Shown piece after piece: positions 52,666 to 64,000 of a stretch of 64,000 nt of DNA (the stretch's first letter is position 1; each line of letters opens with the position of its first letter). The notes below the pieces were generated by a model. It did not search any database. It was not told where the DNA came from and was given only the letters and a program-made list of their open reading frames with translations. Source of the stretch: Podarcis gaigeae (Eukaryota); the NCBI GenBank assembly GCA_964106915.2, contig OZ066923.1. The stretch is one strand, 5' to 3'. The position numbers and the translations under genes are program-made.

Positions 52666-55107
52666 TTAACCACAACAGCAACCACATTCATCCCATAATC
52701 ACAGACATTTGAGGGAAAGGTGCACACTGAGAACTGGATCCACCCCCCACCAGCCCAAAAGATGACTGTCTAGTTGAGAATAAATGGAGGCTAAAACTTC
52801 ATTCCCAGAGGGAGAAGTGTCATAAATAAGTTTAAGAACTTGGCATTGTCAGCCTCCTTACATGTGTGCAGTTATACATTATTATACACTGTACAAAGTT
52901 TAGCTGGGAATGAGAAAGTGATGATTGAGGGTGCTGAAATGAAACTTGCTCACATTTCTGGCTCTGTTTCCAGCACCCATTCATGTGTAAGAAGCCTTCT
53001 CTTGGTTCACTGGCAGTCAATAATGGTTCAATAAGGAGTTACTAATGGACATTTTGTCTCCTCTTTCCACTTCCCTCCCATGTTCTGCAATGACCTGCGT
53101 GTCAATGGTTCCATTTACCATCTTCCAGCCCAATGACACTGATGTAAGTAAGGAGCTTTGAAGGCCAAGAGATTTCCCAGAAGCCCCTTCCTGTGTGTGC
53201 TTCATAAAACGTTGATAGTCATGTGTCATTTGTGTGTCAGGAGTTGGGTTGAATACATTTATATGTAGAGTACCTAAATATTGCAGACAAACCAAAGCAA
53301 GTTGCCAAGAAGCACTAAAGAGTCTGAGTCATATAATGGGAAAAGTTTGAAGGTTCAGAAATGGCTTGATACCTATGAAGTCATCAGAGGCTGATGAGCT
53401 TTAACATATTTCATGAATAAGTGCATTTTAAGCTTTTCCACCCCAGCAGCCCTAGAGCAGCAGCTAGAGTTACAAAGCCTTGATTCTGAGCTCACGGTCC
53501 GATTCAGTCCTGTGCAACTTCTAAACAACTTTGCAAATAAGTTCACAATAGTTACTAGCCTTGTTGCTGCATCATCAGGTGAAGTTTGATCTTTCCAGAG
53601 CTAGGGATTTAGCCTGCTTTCTAAGACATGGCTTCTAAGAACAGAATACCAATCTGTTTCTCCAGAATGTATTCCATCTGATTGCTCCTTTGTGCCAGTG
53701 GAGGCTGGGGCATAACTAATCAGCTTAGTTGCCTGTGGAGAGTAGACATTGCTTCCAGAAGACCAGGTGGAGAAGTTTTTTTTTAACTGCAAAAACATTT
53801 GCCCACCCAACCCCTGCCTCCCTTTCAGGATGTCAGTCTACACCTAGGAGAACTATTTTCTTAATACGGAAAAAAAAAGATTTTTTTGTCTTTGTGATAG
53901 ATATGACACTTCATATGATGCAAAGCCAATCATAAGCATTTAATGGAATTTCTACAGCCTACCAGCTTAATTAATATGCAGGTGGGCCCTGGAAGGGTAA
54001 ACAGACTAGTGGGAATCTGATTATCACAATCAGTTCTTGTCTCCAGGAAATATTTGCATTCCTGTCTGACAGGATTGTGCAGCTTAATCAAAGAATGGGA
54101 TTCAGTTGGTGCTGAGTTGAATCTACATCTCAAATTAGCTGTCAGGGTGCCATAACCTCTTGCTCTAATGCACAATGACAAGGCAATAAAGAAAGTTACA
54201 GTCAGGATGACAGCTTATTTTATCCAGTACAAATCAAGAAAATGTCTATATTTAATAGAAACATATGGCAGAATCTTTGCCACAGGCACAATGAACCAGA
54301 GCTGACAGGGCTCTTTTCCCCACCTTTAAATAGCCTGCTATTTTTTTTTAAGGGGTTGCTACTTCTACCCTCTCCCAGGCTTCTACAATAGAGCTGCACA
54401 ACACCTCAATCTCCAAGTGGTGCGAGGTTCCTGGTGCTTACCCATGTTTCATTTTGGAAATGAGGCACCATGGTTTCCACATGGGGGCCACCCAAGGTTT
54501 GGGGGACTCCACCTGACCACGCAAACTCATAACAATAAATACTTCTGTGGATATTTCAGTGTTCCTGGTTTATATAGCAATTCATATAAGAAAATTTCAA
54601 TCTATTTCTTTTTTGGTGTCCCTTCTGTAAAATTGGGGGACACTGCTCATTTACTAAAAAAATATTTTAACTGGGATTTGGCCTCCTGATGGAGGAGTAA
54701 GCAGCTTTGGGGAGATAGACACTCCCTTTCCTCTATGTCTTAATTGGGTCAAAAGAAAGAAAATTGAGCTCTCCCATTAAATCCCAGTGATTATCACTCA
54801 ATCATCTATGTGTCTTCATACTTGCTGGTTTGATTGACAGCAATAGGGTGCCTTTGGCAGTACTTTTATTGACAGATTTTCCCAATCTGTTCCATTAACC
54901 ACAGAGCAGGCATGTGATTCGTGGGCTAATGTGCATGTTTTAAAAAATGACTGATCCACATTAAGAAGCTCCATGATTTCTTCAATTATTGTTGTTCTTT
55001 AATAAAAAGACAACATTTTCATCAGCTTCTCCCTTGTGCATCTTAGATAATAACAGTCCTCTGTTAAAAAAAAAATAGAAAAGTGAAAAAGACAGATCTA
55101 TTTATTT

Positions 55108-55934
55108 AGTGCAGGAAACCTTTTGTAGCTGACAGGCAGATATAACCCTCCCCCCCTCTGCTGGCCAGATTTGACAATTTGGCAGAACCATCCTCATGTC
55201 ATGCCTGATGTCACTGTGATAGCCCCAGTTGTTGGGACTTCAAAGGGCAGCATAAGCTGATTGAAAGCCCTTTTTTAAGCAGCCCTGAGGTGCTCTTTAA
55301 ACGTTCAAAAACTGGGGGTTCAAAGAACAGAGTGGGGCTGCTTGCAAAGGGGCTGTCAAACAGCTCCATGTTGCACTTTGGTCATGTGCATCTATTCCCA
55401 GCAGGGGATTTTGGTGTATGCAGCCAAGCTGAGCAGGATTTAACCCCCTTGAGATGAGCGCTGCAACCTCAGAGTCATCCGCGACTGGACCTAATGGTCC
55501 CTTTACCTTTTTACCCCTGATGAACAGGAGTTAAAACCTGCTGCTTTGTATACAGTATGTGTGCAAAGGAGGTTCAAAGAACAGTGCAGAGCTGCTTGCA
55601 AAGGGACTTTCAAACAGCCCCATGCTGTGCATTGGTTGCATGTGGCTCTTCCCAGAAGGGAAATAGATTCATGCAGCCAAACTGAGCAGGATTTAATCCC
55701 TGCTTATCAGCTGATGAGAAAGAGCTAAAACCTGCTGCTTCTGCTGTGCATACTATTTGATAGCAGGGGAACAGCTAACATAGAATCAACCCCCCACCCC
55801 TGCCCATCAACTGGAGTAACATCAATTGATTGGCAGATGGGCATGGTTTTGGGTGTTTGTTTTTTGAAAAAACGATTCATTTTCCAAATTTCCTTCACTG
55901 GGAGGCCTCGCAGTTTGAAGGTTCCCCACCCCTG
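55108..55934. mobile_element. Degraded hAT-type element with an internal tandem duplication and a nested SINE fragment
   Basis: The right TIR aggttccccacccctg is the same type as that of the 1531 element; the left end is eroded. Diverged repeat units start at about 55317 and 55571. Confidence 0.6.
55451..55515 (+). mobile_element. Sauria SINE 3'-terminal fragment
   Basis: gagatgagcgctgcaacctcagagtc..cgcgactggacctaatggtccctttaccttt is homologous to 56063-56135. Confidence 0.8.
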
Positions 55935-55946
55935 ATTTAGGTCCTC

Positions 55947-56135
55947 TATAAACAGCGTTTCCGTGCACTGCTCTGGTTTCGCCAGAAGCGGCTTAGTCAT
56001 GCTGGCCACATGTCCCAGAAAATCTGTCTGCAGACAAACGCCAGCTCCCTTGGCCAGTAAAGCGAGATGAACGCTGCAACCCCAGAGTCGTTTGCGACTG
56101 GACTTAGCTGTTAGGGGTCCTTTACCTTTACCTTT
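55947..56135 (+). mobile_element. Sauria SINE (Squam1), 3' half
   Basis: gtttccgtgcactgctctggtttcgccagaagcggcttagtcatgctggccacatg...gcaaccccagagtcg...ggggtcctttaccttta with an (ACCTTT) tail, recognised as the lacertid Sauria SINE. Confidence 0.85.
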
Positions 56136-57248
56136 TTATAGACTGCTTAGTATCCACAGATCTTGAAGCAGTTTGCAATACCAAAAATCCAAATACATCT
56201 AAATACATACATGGACAAGAAGCCGACTTTCAGAAGATTCACATTAAGAAATACATAAACATGCAATATCCATACCCATAATAACCATAAGATAAGGTAA
56301 TAAAAAACTAATGTGTAGCATGCTAAAATCTTCCAACCAACCTAAAACTCACAGTTTATGCAACCCCTCACAACATATTCCTCCAGTAATTTCCAACAAC
56401 AGATTGGTCATCCAACGCATGGCAGGAAACACACATGGAAGAATTGTACTGGACAAATCAGTAAGCACAGAATGAATGATAATTATGAAACCCACAGGCA
56501 CCAACAATATTTTCTTACTCACCATTTAACCCTCCATGTATTGTTAGGTTCAGTGCTGTGACACATGTCAACTTTGGTTCACTTCAGATCTTCAACTGAA
56601 GCAAATGGACAGTGCCTGAGGACACTATACAATGTTCATATATCATTTGTCAAACTGTTACCAGAAAATCAGAGGCAGCCAACATTGTCACTGCTTTCTC
56701 CATTGTGTAACAATCTTTACTATTACTATCAAGGGCATCTGGTTCTGTCATGTTTACCTACACTGAAATTTGCTTTGATGCACCAAATAGTCATCATTCC
56801 ACACTGAACACAGCATATGAAGCAACAAACATGTATCTAACACATAAGAAGCAAACACCAGGGAGTGGTATTTGTTCCAAACTCCTAGGCTCATATTTCT
56901 TGTACATCTGCATATGCATGTCTCAGTTGGAAACATTTCAGAAAAGTCATGGTGAACAAGGCATGGTGAAGAAGCTTAATCCAATTTAAGATAAAATACA
57001 GCATAACCACAACTGCCACTCTAGGAAGCTGAGCTGAAAAGACCACTGGGACACTTCTTTCATAGGCTTACTTAAAATGATCCTTCTTGTGGAGAAAGCT
57101 GAAGGGGATGTAACACACCAGCATATGATGTGCAAATATTGCCTGAGTTAGACATGCCTGCTCCTTACTCCCGTAAAAATACCTAATGATGCCCAGGTAA
57201 ATGCAGTCTAAAGTGAGACATTATTTAACTCCTCCTCTTGTATTCCAG

Positions 57249-57293
57249 TGCAGTGATGTGGATGGTCTGTGTCCCTTGAACTGTCAGAATGAT
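57249..57293 (+). CDS. CACNA2D4: CACNA2D4 coding exon (45 nt, phase 0/0): CSDVDGLCPLNCQND
   Basis: Acceptor ttccag|, donor GAT|gtaagt. Cys spacing matches CSTVDGPCTQSCEDS, and the frame is continuous with both neighbours. Confidence 0.92.
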
Positions 57294-58323
57294 GTAAGTT
57301 GCTAGTTTTTTTTAGTGTTTTTTTAATTGTTCAGACCTATAATTGAGGAAATGTAACTTGAGGGTTCTGTGACTCAGGATCGTTATTATTCCCCTGTTGC
57401 TTTTTATTTGCTTGGCCAGTTTTTGTTTTTTACAGATGGGGTAAAGAGATGGTTCATTGCTGAGGGCCATTCTCTTTGCCTGAGATCCAAACCAGATATG
57501 GTAGGGCAACCGTCAGAAATAAAGTGGGTGGGTCTATTCCTTGCAAGGGGGAAGAGAGAGAAACTTCCCGTGTTCTATGCTTTAAGCAGTTTTCTCCTAG
57601 TTCATTTTTGACACCAGACGTGAGCTGGACAAATTGAGTAAAGCGGAAGAGCGCAGAGAGATAAGATGGCAGGGAGATCAGATTTCCACTTTCCTCTACA
57701 CATGTTTTACCCATGTAAATGATGAACCTGACCCCCATGAAGTAGGGATGTGGATAAAGTACAGCCTCATCATGTCCCGTTTGGTCCCTAGCCAGAATTT
57801 GAACCCAGGTGGCTCTATACATGTAAATTATTTACTGACCACTAATCAGCCTAACCTCTCAGCTGTTTAAAATGTGAGAAAAAGAAAATGCATTAGTTTT
57901 TATTGCATTCTTAGCCCATCCTTTCCTCAAGAAATGCAAAGGTGCATATGGTTCATTCTCTTTTAGTCTCCAAGGTATGTTAGAATGGGGGGGGGACGGG
58001 ACTGGCCCACGGTTACCTAGCAAACTTCCTAGCTAAACAAGGATCTGAACCTCTTGTTTCCTCAGTTACAGACCAGCACTCAAGGCAAGAAGCCTTAAAA
58101 ATACATCTTTGAAGGTTCTGATAAGACAATGTGGCTCTGAAAAATGGCATATGAAAACCTCTTGAGGGTTTTATGTGGACTGGAAGGACTTGGACTTTCA
58201 TAATAATTCTGGAATCCATTTAGAAAGCTTACAGAATTGCAGTACCCCATATTATTCCCAAATATCAATTGTGTATTGAGAGTGTCATTAAGTTTAATTA
58301 ATTGTTATGAAAACATTGTGAGG

Positions 58324-58607
58324 AGAAGAAGAAGAAGAAGAAGAAGAAGAAGAAGAAGAAGAAGAAGAAGAAGAAGAGTTTGGATTTGATATCCCGCCTT
58401 TCACTCCCTTTTAAGGAGTCTCAAAGCGGCTAACATTCTCCTTTCCCTTCCTCCCCCACAACAAACACTCTGTGAGGTGAGTGGGGCTGAGAGACTTCAA
58501 GGAAGTGTGACTGGCCCAAGGTCACCCAGCAGCTGCATGTGGAGGAGCGGAGACGCGAACCTGGTTCCCCAGGATTACAAGACTACCGCTCTTAACCACT
58601 ACACCAC
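58324..58607 (-). mobile_element. Near full-length tRNA-derived SINE with CORE-like body and (CTT)n tail
   Basis: The minus strand starts gtggtgtagtggttaagagc (A box) ... ggttcgcgtctcc (B box), then gggtgaccttgggccagtcac; (AAG)n on + at 58324-58377. Confidence 0.85.
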
Positions 58608-59842
58608 AGCTATGACTAATTATGAAGATAAGAATGTGAATATAGTGTTCATTCAGGCTTAAGCAGTATGTAGACTGAGAACTCCCAGAAGTGCAAGCTG
58701 GATTTCAAAGGGGCAGAGGAACCTGAGACCAAATTGCAAACATGTGCTGGAGTATGGAGAAAGCTAGAGAGCTCCAGAAAAACATCTACTTCATTTCTCT
58801 AGCCTGCAGTTGCTTTTTTAATGAGTTACCGGACTTGTACCTTGCAGTACACCGCTGTGTTGACTTTGCCCCAAAGATGCTACAAAGAATGCTACAGAGT
58901 CTAGACAGAACTGCATGAGCTCTATGAAGCCAAATGGAACAGGATTCTGGGATAGCCTCGCATGAGCCCCCAAATATGCTTTACTTTTGGGGAAAACAGT
59001 ATGGAGTGTAAGCCTACAATAGTAGTGCAAAAGTACAACCAGTACTCTGATATCAAATTCAGGAAACTTGTAAGCAAGCACAGAAATAACAAAACATCAG
59101 AGAGTCTTAGGTGATGTGCACATTAGCAGCTTAAAACACAGCAAGGACATTCCCCAGGCACACACCCACACGTCAAGTCACATTTGCTGATTGTTGTACA
59201 CACCACAAAGGGGACAGGGATGTCTTCACCCAACGTGAAGACCTGCCCCTATAGCACTTCCCCAAGCTCCTATTCATGAAACTCATCTGTGCATGCGCAA
59301 TAGGGGGAGATTATTGAGCTGCTTTTAGTTTTTGTTATGTATTTTGTGCTTTTTATATTGTAATTGCCCTGAGATCTATGGGTATATGGCGATATGCAAA
59401 TTTAATAAATAATAATAATAGATGTCTCAAGTGTACACAGCTCAACTTAATTGCAAAACGAATGTGGCATAAGTTTCCTTTCAGATTAATGGCAGTCTAT
59501 GGGGAAACACATCAAACAGTTGTATTTCTCAGGAAACTACAGGATTTATCTGATTTATTTAACAAATTTTATATACTGCTTGATTGCAAAACAATAAAAT
59601 TAGGTTTAGAAATCTCTAAGTGGTTAGCTTTCTGTTTTGGGTAACATTGTGTGTACATGGATTTAAAAGCCAGTGGTGGGAGCAAACTGGAGCCAGAGTT
59701 AACGGTAATGGCTTACATAAGACCACTAGAACTGTGGAAGCAGAATCATAGCAGCTCACAGGGTAAGGCAGAAGCTTTCATACTAGGCAATATTGTCTTC
59801 TCTATAGCTGAAATTCCTTCCTCATTCTTTTTTTCTTTTCAG

Positions 59843-59905
59843 AATCTGAACTGCTTTCTCATTGATAATAATGGATTTATACTCGTTTCCAAAGCCTCAA
59901 AACAG
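59843..59905 (+). CDS. CACNA2D4: CACNA2D4 coding exon (63 nt): NLNCFLIDNNGFILVSKASKQ
   Basis: Acceptor ttttcag|, donor CAG|gtaaga. Contains the alpha2delta Cache-domain motif CFxIDNNGFI; lies inside ORF 59651..60133. Confidence 0.96.
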
Positions 59906-60858
59906 GTAAGAAGTTTTCTGTGTTTACTTATAAAGCCTGTTTATAGAGCTGGGGGGCAGGGAGGAGCAAATTGGACAAATCTGCAGATTTCTTTTGTTAA
60001 GGGGACTTCAGGGCGTTCCCCCAAAAGAACAGTGAATACGTGCACTAATCACTTTTTAGACTTCATGCAAATTTGTGTATCTCCCAAAATAATTATATTT
60101 ATTAACTATAATTGCACCCTACCTTTCCAATAAGGAACTCAGGGTTGAGTTTTATCTTCTTTTAAACCAGGCCACATTACCTCATGGTCAACTTTCTAGA
60201 GGCTGCATGCCAACATTGGACAGGCCTAGAGGTAATAGTGGGTGGAGCAATGAAAGTAACTCTTGCACAATAGGCTACATTCCAGCCAGGGCGGGCTTGT
60301 CCATCAGGTGGACAAGCAGCAGAAAGCAGAAGTCCAGGAGGTGGCACCCATTGCAGGCACCCTGCTCACCCCACCACCACTTCCAGTGGCAGAGAAGCAG
60401 CAGTGGCAGCTTCCAGCGAGATTTCACCAAAACCTTGTGAGATCTCATCAAGATCTCGTCGGAACCCACTATCTTCATGGATAGTGGGCACTGCTTCATC
60501 CTTACAACATCATACCATATAGTACGCCTGTACTGTATTACTATCCCCATAGTTTAGATGATAAGCTGAGAAATGGTGACTTGTCTAAGGCCATGTGGTG
60601 AGTGCATGGCTGAGCTAAGATTTGCATTTCATTTTTATTGACCATGGCGCCACACACTTCTCTAAACCCCTCTTTGCTAAACAGCCTGAGGACATAGCAG
60701 AGCACCGCCTGCTTAAAGGGCTTGTTTTATGATAGTGGCAATATTAAGTATAGGATTTCAAACGCGTAGTGGGGATGGATTAGCTGGACTGATAAAAAGC
60801 TGAGGAGGTTTATCTATAGTTTCTGCTTTTTTCTCTCTTTATCTCCCTGTGCTTGCAG

Positions 60859-60929
60859 ACCAGCAAATTTTTGGGAGAAGTGGATGGCTCTGTTATGACC
60901 CAGCTTATAAGCATGGGAATGTTCAAACA
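60859..60929 (+). CDS. CACNA2D4: CACNA2D4 coding exon (71 nt): TSKFLGEVDGSVMTQLISMGMFK(Q)
   Basis: Acceptor ttgcag|, donor CA|gtaagt. Matches TGRFLGEVDGAVLTQLLSMGVFSQ. Confidence 0.95.
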
Positions 60930-61182
60930 GTAAGTATTACTATCTCCTCTGTATTGAATTCCTTTCAGAAAAGAGCTTGGTTGAAGCAAAATGCCTCATC
61001 CCCATTGAGAATTAACACAGCTAAACATTAAAAAAGAGAATGAAGACAGTGGGGTGTGGAACATTGCCTCAGTTGTTAGGACTTATTCCCATTTGTTATC
61101 CATAGAAAGATTCAAGCATCTCCAGGTACATGCTCACATAGGCAAATGTAATGTGTGAACTGCATAATAATGGGTGCAGCCA

Positions 61183-61183
<1 letters not shown>

Positions 61184-61235
<52 letters not shown>

Positions 61236-62087
61236 TTATTATTTATACCCTGCCCATCTGGCTGGGCCTCCCCAGCCACTCTGGGCGGCTTCCATAAAAA
61301 CTAAAAATACAGTAAAATATCACACGTTAAAAACTTCGCTGAACAGGGCTGCCTTAAGATGTCTTCTGAATGTCAGGTAGTTGTTTATCTCTTTGACATC
61401 TGCTGGAAGGGCGTTCCACAGGGCGGGCGCCACTACCTTGAAGGCCCTCTGCCTGGTTCCCTGTAGCTTCGCTTCTCGCAATGAGGGAACCGCCAGAAGG
61501 CCCTCGGCGCTGGACCTCAGCGTCCGGGCAGAATGATGGGGGTGGAGACGCTCCTTCAGGTATACTGGACCGAGGCCGTTTAGGGCTTTAAAGGTCAGCA
61601 CCAACACTTTGAATTGTGCTCGGAAACATACTGGGAGCCAATGTAGGTCTTTCAAGACCGGTGTTATATGGTCTCGGCGGCCACTCCCAGTCACCAGTCT
61701 AGCTGCCGCATTCTGGATTAGTTGTAGTTTCCGAGTCACCTTCAAAGGTAGCCCCACGTAGAGTGCAATGCAGTAGTCCAAGCGGGAGATAACCAGAGCA
61801 TGCACCACTCTGGCGAGACAGTCCGCAGGCAGATAGGGTCTCAGCCTACGTACCAGATGGAGCTGGTAAACAGCTGTCCTGGACACAGATTTGACCTGTG
61901 CCTCCATGGACAGCTGTGAGTCCAAAATGACTCCCAGGCTGCGCACCTGGTCCTTCCGGGGCACAGTTACCCCATTCAGGACCAGGGAATCCTCCACACC
62001 TGCCCGCCTCCTGTCCCCCAGAAACAGTACTTCTGTCTTGTCAGGATTCAACCTCAATCTGTTAGCCGCCATCCATCCTCCAACCGA
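61184..62087 (-). mobile_element. 5'-truncated L2-clade LINE: C-terminal part of ORF2 (open, about 255 codons), 3'UTR and (TTA)n tail
   Basis: ORF 61320..62138 contains WMAANRLRLNPDKTEVL, VRSLGVILDS, LVISRLDYC, LQLIQNAAARL and HITPVLKDLHWLP, typical of the L2 reverse transcriptase C-terminus. (TAA)n on + at 61184-61235. Confidence 0.92.
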
Positions 62088-62493
62088 TTCTATGATTGCA
62101 GCAGCCAAAAAAAGCATTGCTGCGGTAACAGGAATCACTCCTGATTATATCCACTGTCACACAGTTTGTGCACAATGTGAACGAATGCAAAATGTTACCT
62201 ATTTTCATTTCCCTGCTTGTGTTCTAAGAATGCATGTTGAAACAAACAAATACACAAAAATACAGGCACATACCCTTTTTTAAATGTCAGAAGTAACATT
62301 ACATTACTGTGTAGCAATACAATTTCATGTGGCTTCATCTAGGCCGTTTATGTTCCTGACTTGGAGGCCCTTATATGTTACCAGAACAGCATGGGAGCCC
62401 AGAACCATGTGAGCAAAGCTAACTGTGTTTGCTATTCCCATCCGATGTTTCCCTGTACAGCATAGTACAGGTCACAGGCTTTCAAACATTATC

Positions 62494-62662
62494 TGCAGCT
62501 CATTGGTAGAACACATGTTTCGTATGCAAAGGTTCTAGGTTAAACCCCTGGCTTCTCTGGTGAAAACTTATGTGTAAAACTCTGGAGAGCTGTTGCCAGT
62601 CAGTGCAGACAATGATGAGCAAAATGATCTGACATGGTGTAAAGGAGTTTCCTATGTCCATG
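62494..62662 (+). mobile_element. tRNA-derived SINE (Squam3-like)
   Basis: gcagctcattggtagaacac..ggttaaaccc..ctggagagctgttgccagtcagtgcagacaat..tcctatgtcc. Confidence 0.7.
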
Positions 62663-63294
62663 TGTTCCGAAGCAGTTCCCATGTTGCTGATGTAGCATAC
62701 AGAGGGATGCAGAGTCAGACACAAATGGCTGAGAAATCTGAGAGCCCAGCCAGATGTGTCTGGAAGAGCACAAACCTGTCCAGTTTGGACCTGGCCATGG
62801 GGAAGAAATGCAGCTGTTGGGCTTTGCAGCTGGCTGGGAATAGTTGCTATGATGTTTCTAGTTGTCAGAAGCAGCTTTCAGGACCTTGGCATGAGTAAAA
62901 ATAGCAGCTGAGGTAAATCGCATACAAAGTTTTCATAGGGTAGGGGCATATTGTGACATCAGTAAGAAGTTTCTTCATCAGATACCACATAGTCAATCAA
63001 ACACTGTATGGGAGTAGATCTTGTTGTGCTAATTCAATGCTAAGCACAAACTAAACTAAATTATTAGGATGAGGATATATGGCTGTTCCCTGTGTGAAGA
63101 CAGATCCAGGCTAGAATTCATGCAGGACAAATGAATGTGTTTGCATCTATGTTGAGCAAAGGGCATGTGACAGAGCACATGTTTTGCATGCAGAAAATCT
63201 CAGGTGCAGTTCCTGGCATGTCCACTAAAAATCTCGCATAGTAGACCTGGGCAAAACAACTGCTAGACCTTTGAAAGTCACCTTCAATCAGAAT

Positions 63295-63455
63295 TAAAAA
63301 AGGTAAAGGACCCCTGGACAGTTAAGTCCAGTCAAAGGCGACTATGGACTGTGGCGCTCATCTCGCATCAGGCCGAAGGAGCAGGCGTTTCCAAGTCATG
63401 TGGCCAGCATGACTAAACTGCTTCTGGCGCCACAGGGTTCCGTTGCACCACTATA
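63295..63455 (-). mobile_element. Truncated Sauria SINE inserted in an older tRNA-derived SINE (about 63170-63500)
   Basis: aaaggtaaaggacccctg...catgtggccagcatgactaaactgcttctggcg is the reverse complement of the 55947 copy; flanking direct repeat caatcaga (63285-63292, 63456-63463). Confidence 0.8.
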
Positions 63456-63563
63456 CAATCAGAGTGCACAGTAGTGGGCTAGGCAGACTGGTAGACTCTT
63501 GGGCTAAGCTGGTGTGTTGAACACATTGGCCCACTTGTCAGTTTTTTATGGTTTTTTTTGCAG

Positions 63564-63639
63564 GGTGAAAATGTACGATTACCAAGCCATGTGTAAAATG
63601 CCCCACCACCACCATAGTGGTGCACGCCCTCTTCTCAGT
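63564..63639 (+). CDS. CACNA2D4: CACNA2D4 coding exon (76 nt): (Q)[25 protein letters not shown]
   Basis: Acceptor ttttgcag|, donor AGT|gtaagt. Contains the alpha2delta YDYQAMC motif; its phase-2 start completes CA+G. Confidence 0.96.
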
Positions 63640-64000
63640 GTAAGTATCTGTAAGCGTTTCTACATAATACATAAAACACGGAATAAAATATATTAGAGCA
63701 GCATTGGTCCAGTTCTTTAAGTCATTCTGCTCCAGGGTGAGACCATCCCATGCCTCACCATGGTTGCCAGGCCTGGGGTGCAGCAGAGAGTGGTGTGAGG
63801 GCAGAAGTGCCTTTGCTTCCCCTGCTGATTACACTGAGGGCGGAATCATGCTTATCATCCTTGTCTTTGCTACAAGCCTGATTGCTTTTCCTGTGCTCTT
63901 ATTTGAGGACTATGCAAGGACAGAAGAAGAAGCCAAGGCACGTCTTCCCTCATGTCCTCTTCTCCATGTACTCTGATTGTGGGGGCTGGACACAATTACG

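Noticed and set aside
59651-60133. 160-aa ORF as a stand-alone gene
   Set aside because: Only the 63-nt core 59843-59905 is a CACNA2D4 exon; the rest is intron read-through.

Overview
Vertebrate genomic DNA, intron-rich and CpG-poor. The repeat content (Sauria-type SINEs, young L2 LINEs, hAT MITEs) points to a squamate, probably a lacertid lizard; this is inference. The + strand carries six consecutive internal coding exons of CACNA2D4 (voltage-gated Ca2+ channel alpha2delta-4) at 5929-6006, 51425-51486, 57249-57293, 59843-59905, 60859-60929 and 63564-63639. They splice in frame with GT-AG boundaries. The 45.4-kb intron 6007-51424 holds the complete coding sequence of the antisense nested gene LRTM2 (exons 23900-23834, 20402-19812, 17544-17087; 371 aa), plus candidate 5' non-coding exons and promoters near 24.2, 27 and 45 kb. 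The rest is intronic sequence with SINEs, LINE fragments, MITEs (several with target-site duplications) and microsatellites. The nested architecture is known from mammals, and I found no convincingly new biological system. The most testable oddities are an in-exon cryptic donor that would truncate alpha2delta-4 before the delta subunit, inverted repeat pairs bracketing exon blocks, a young MITE carrying TTAGGG units, RFX X-box palindromes and a duplicated PAR-bZIP site. Comparisons with human sequences and repeat family names are from recall and were not searched.
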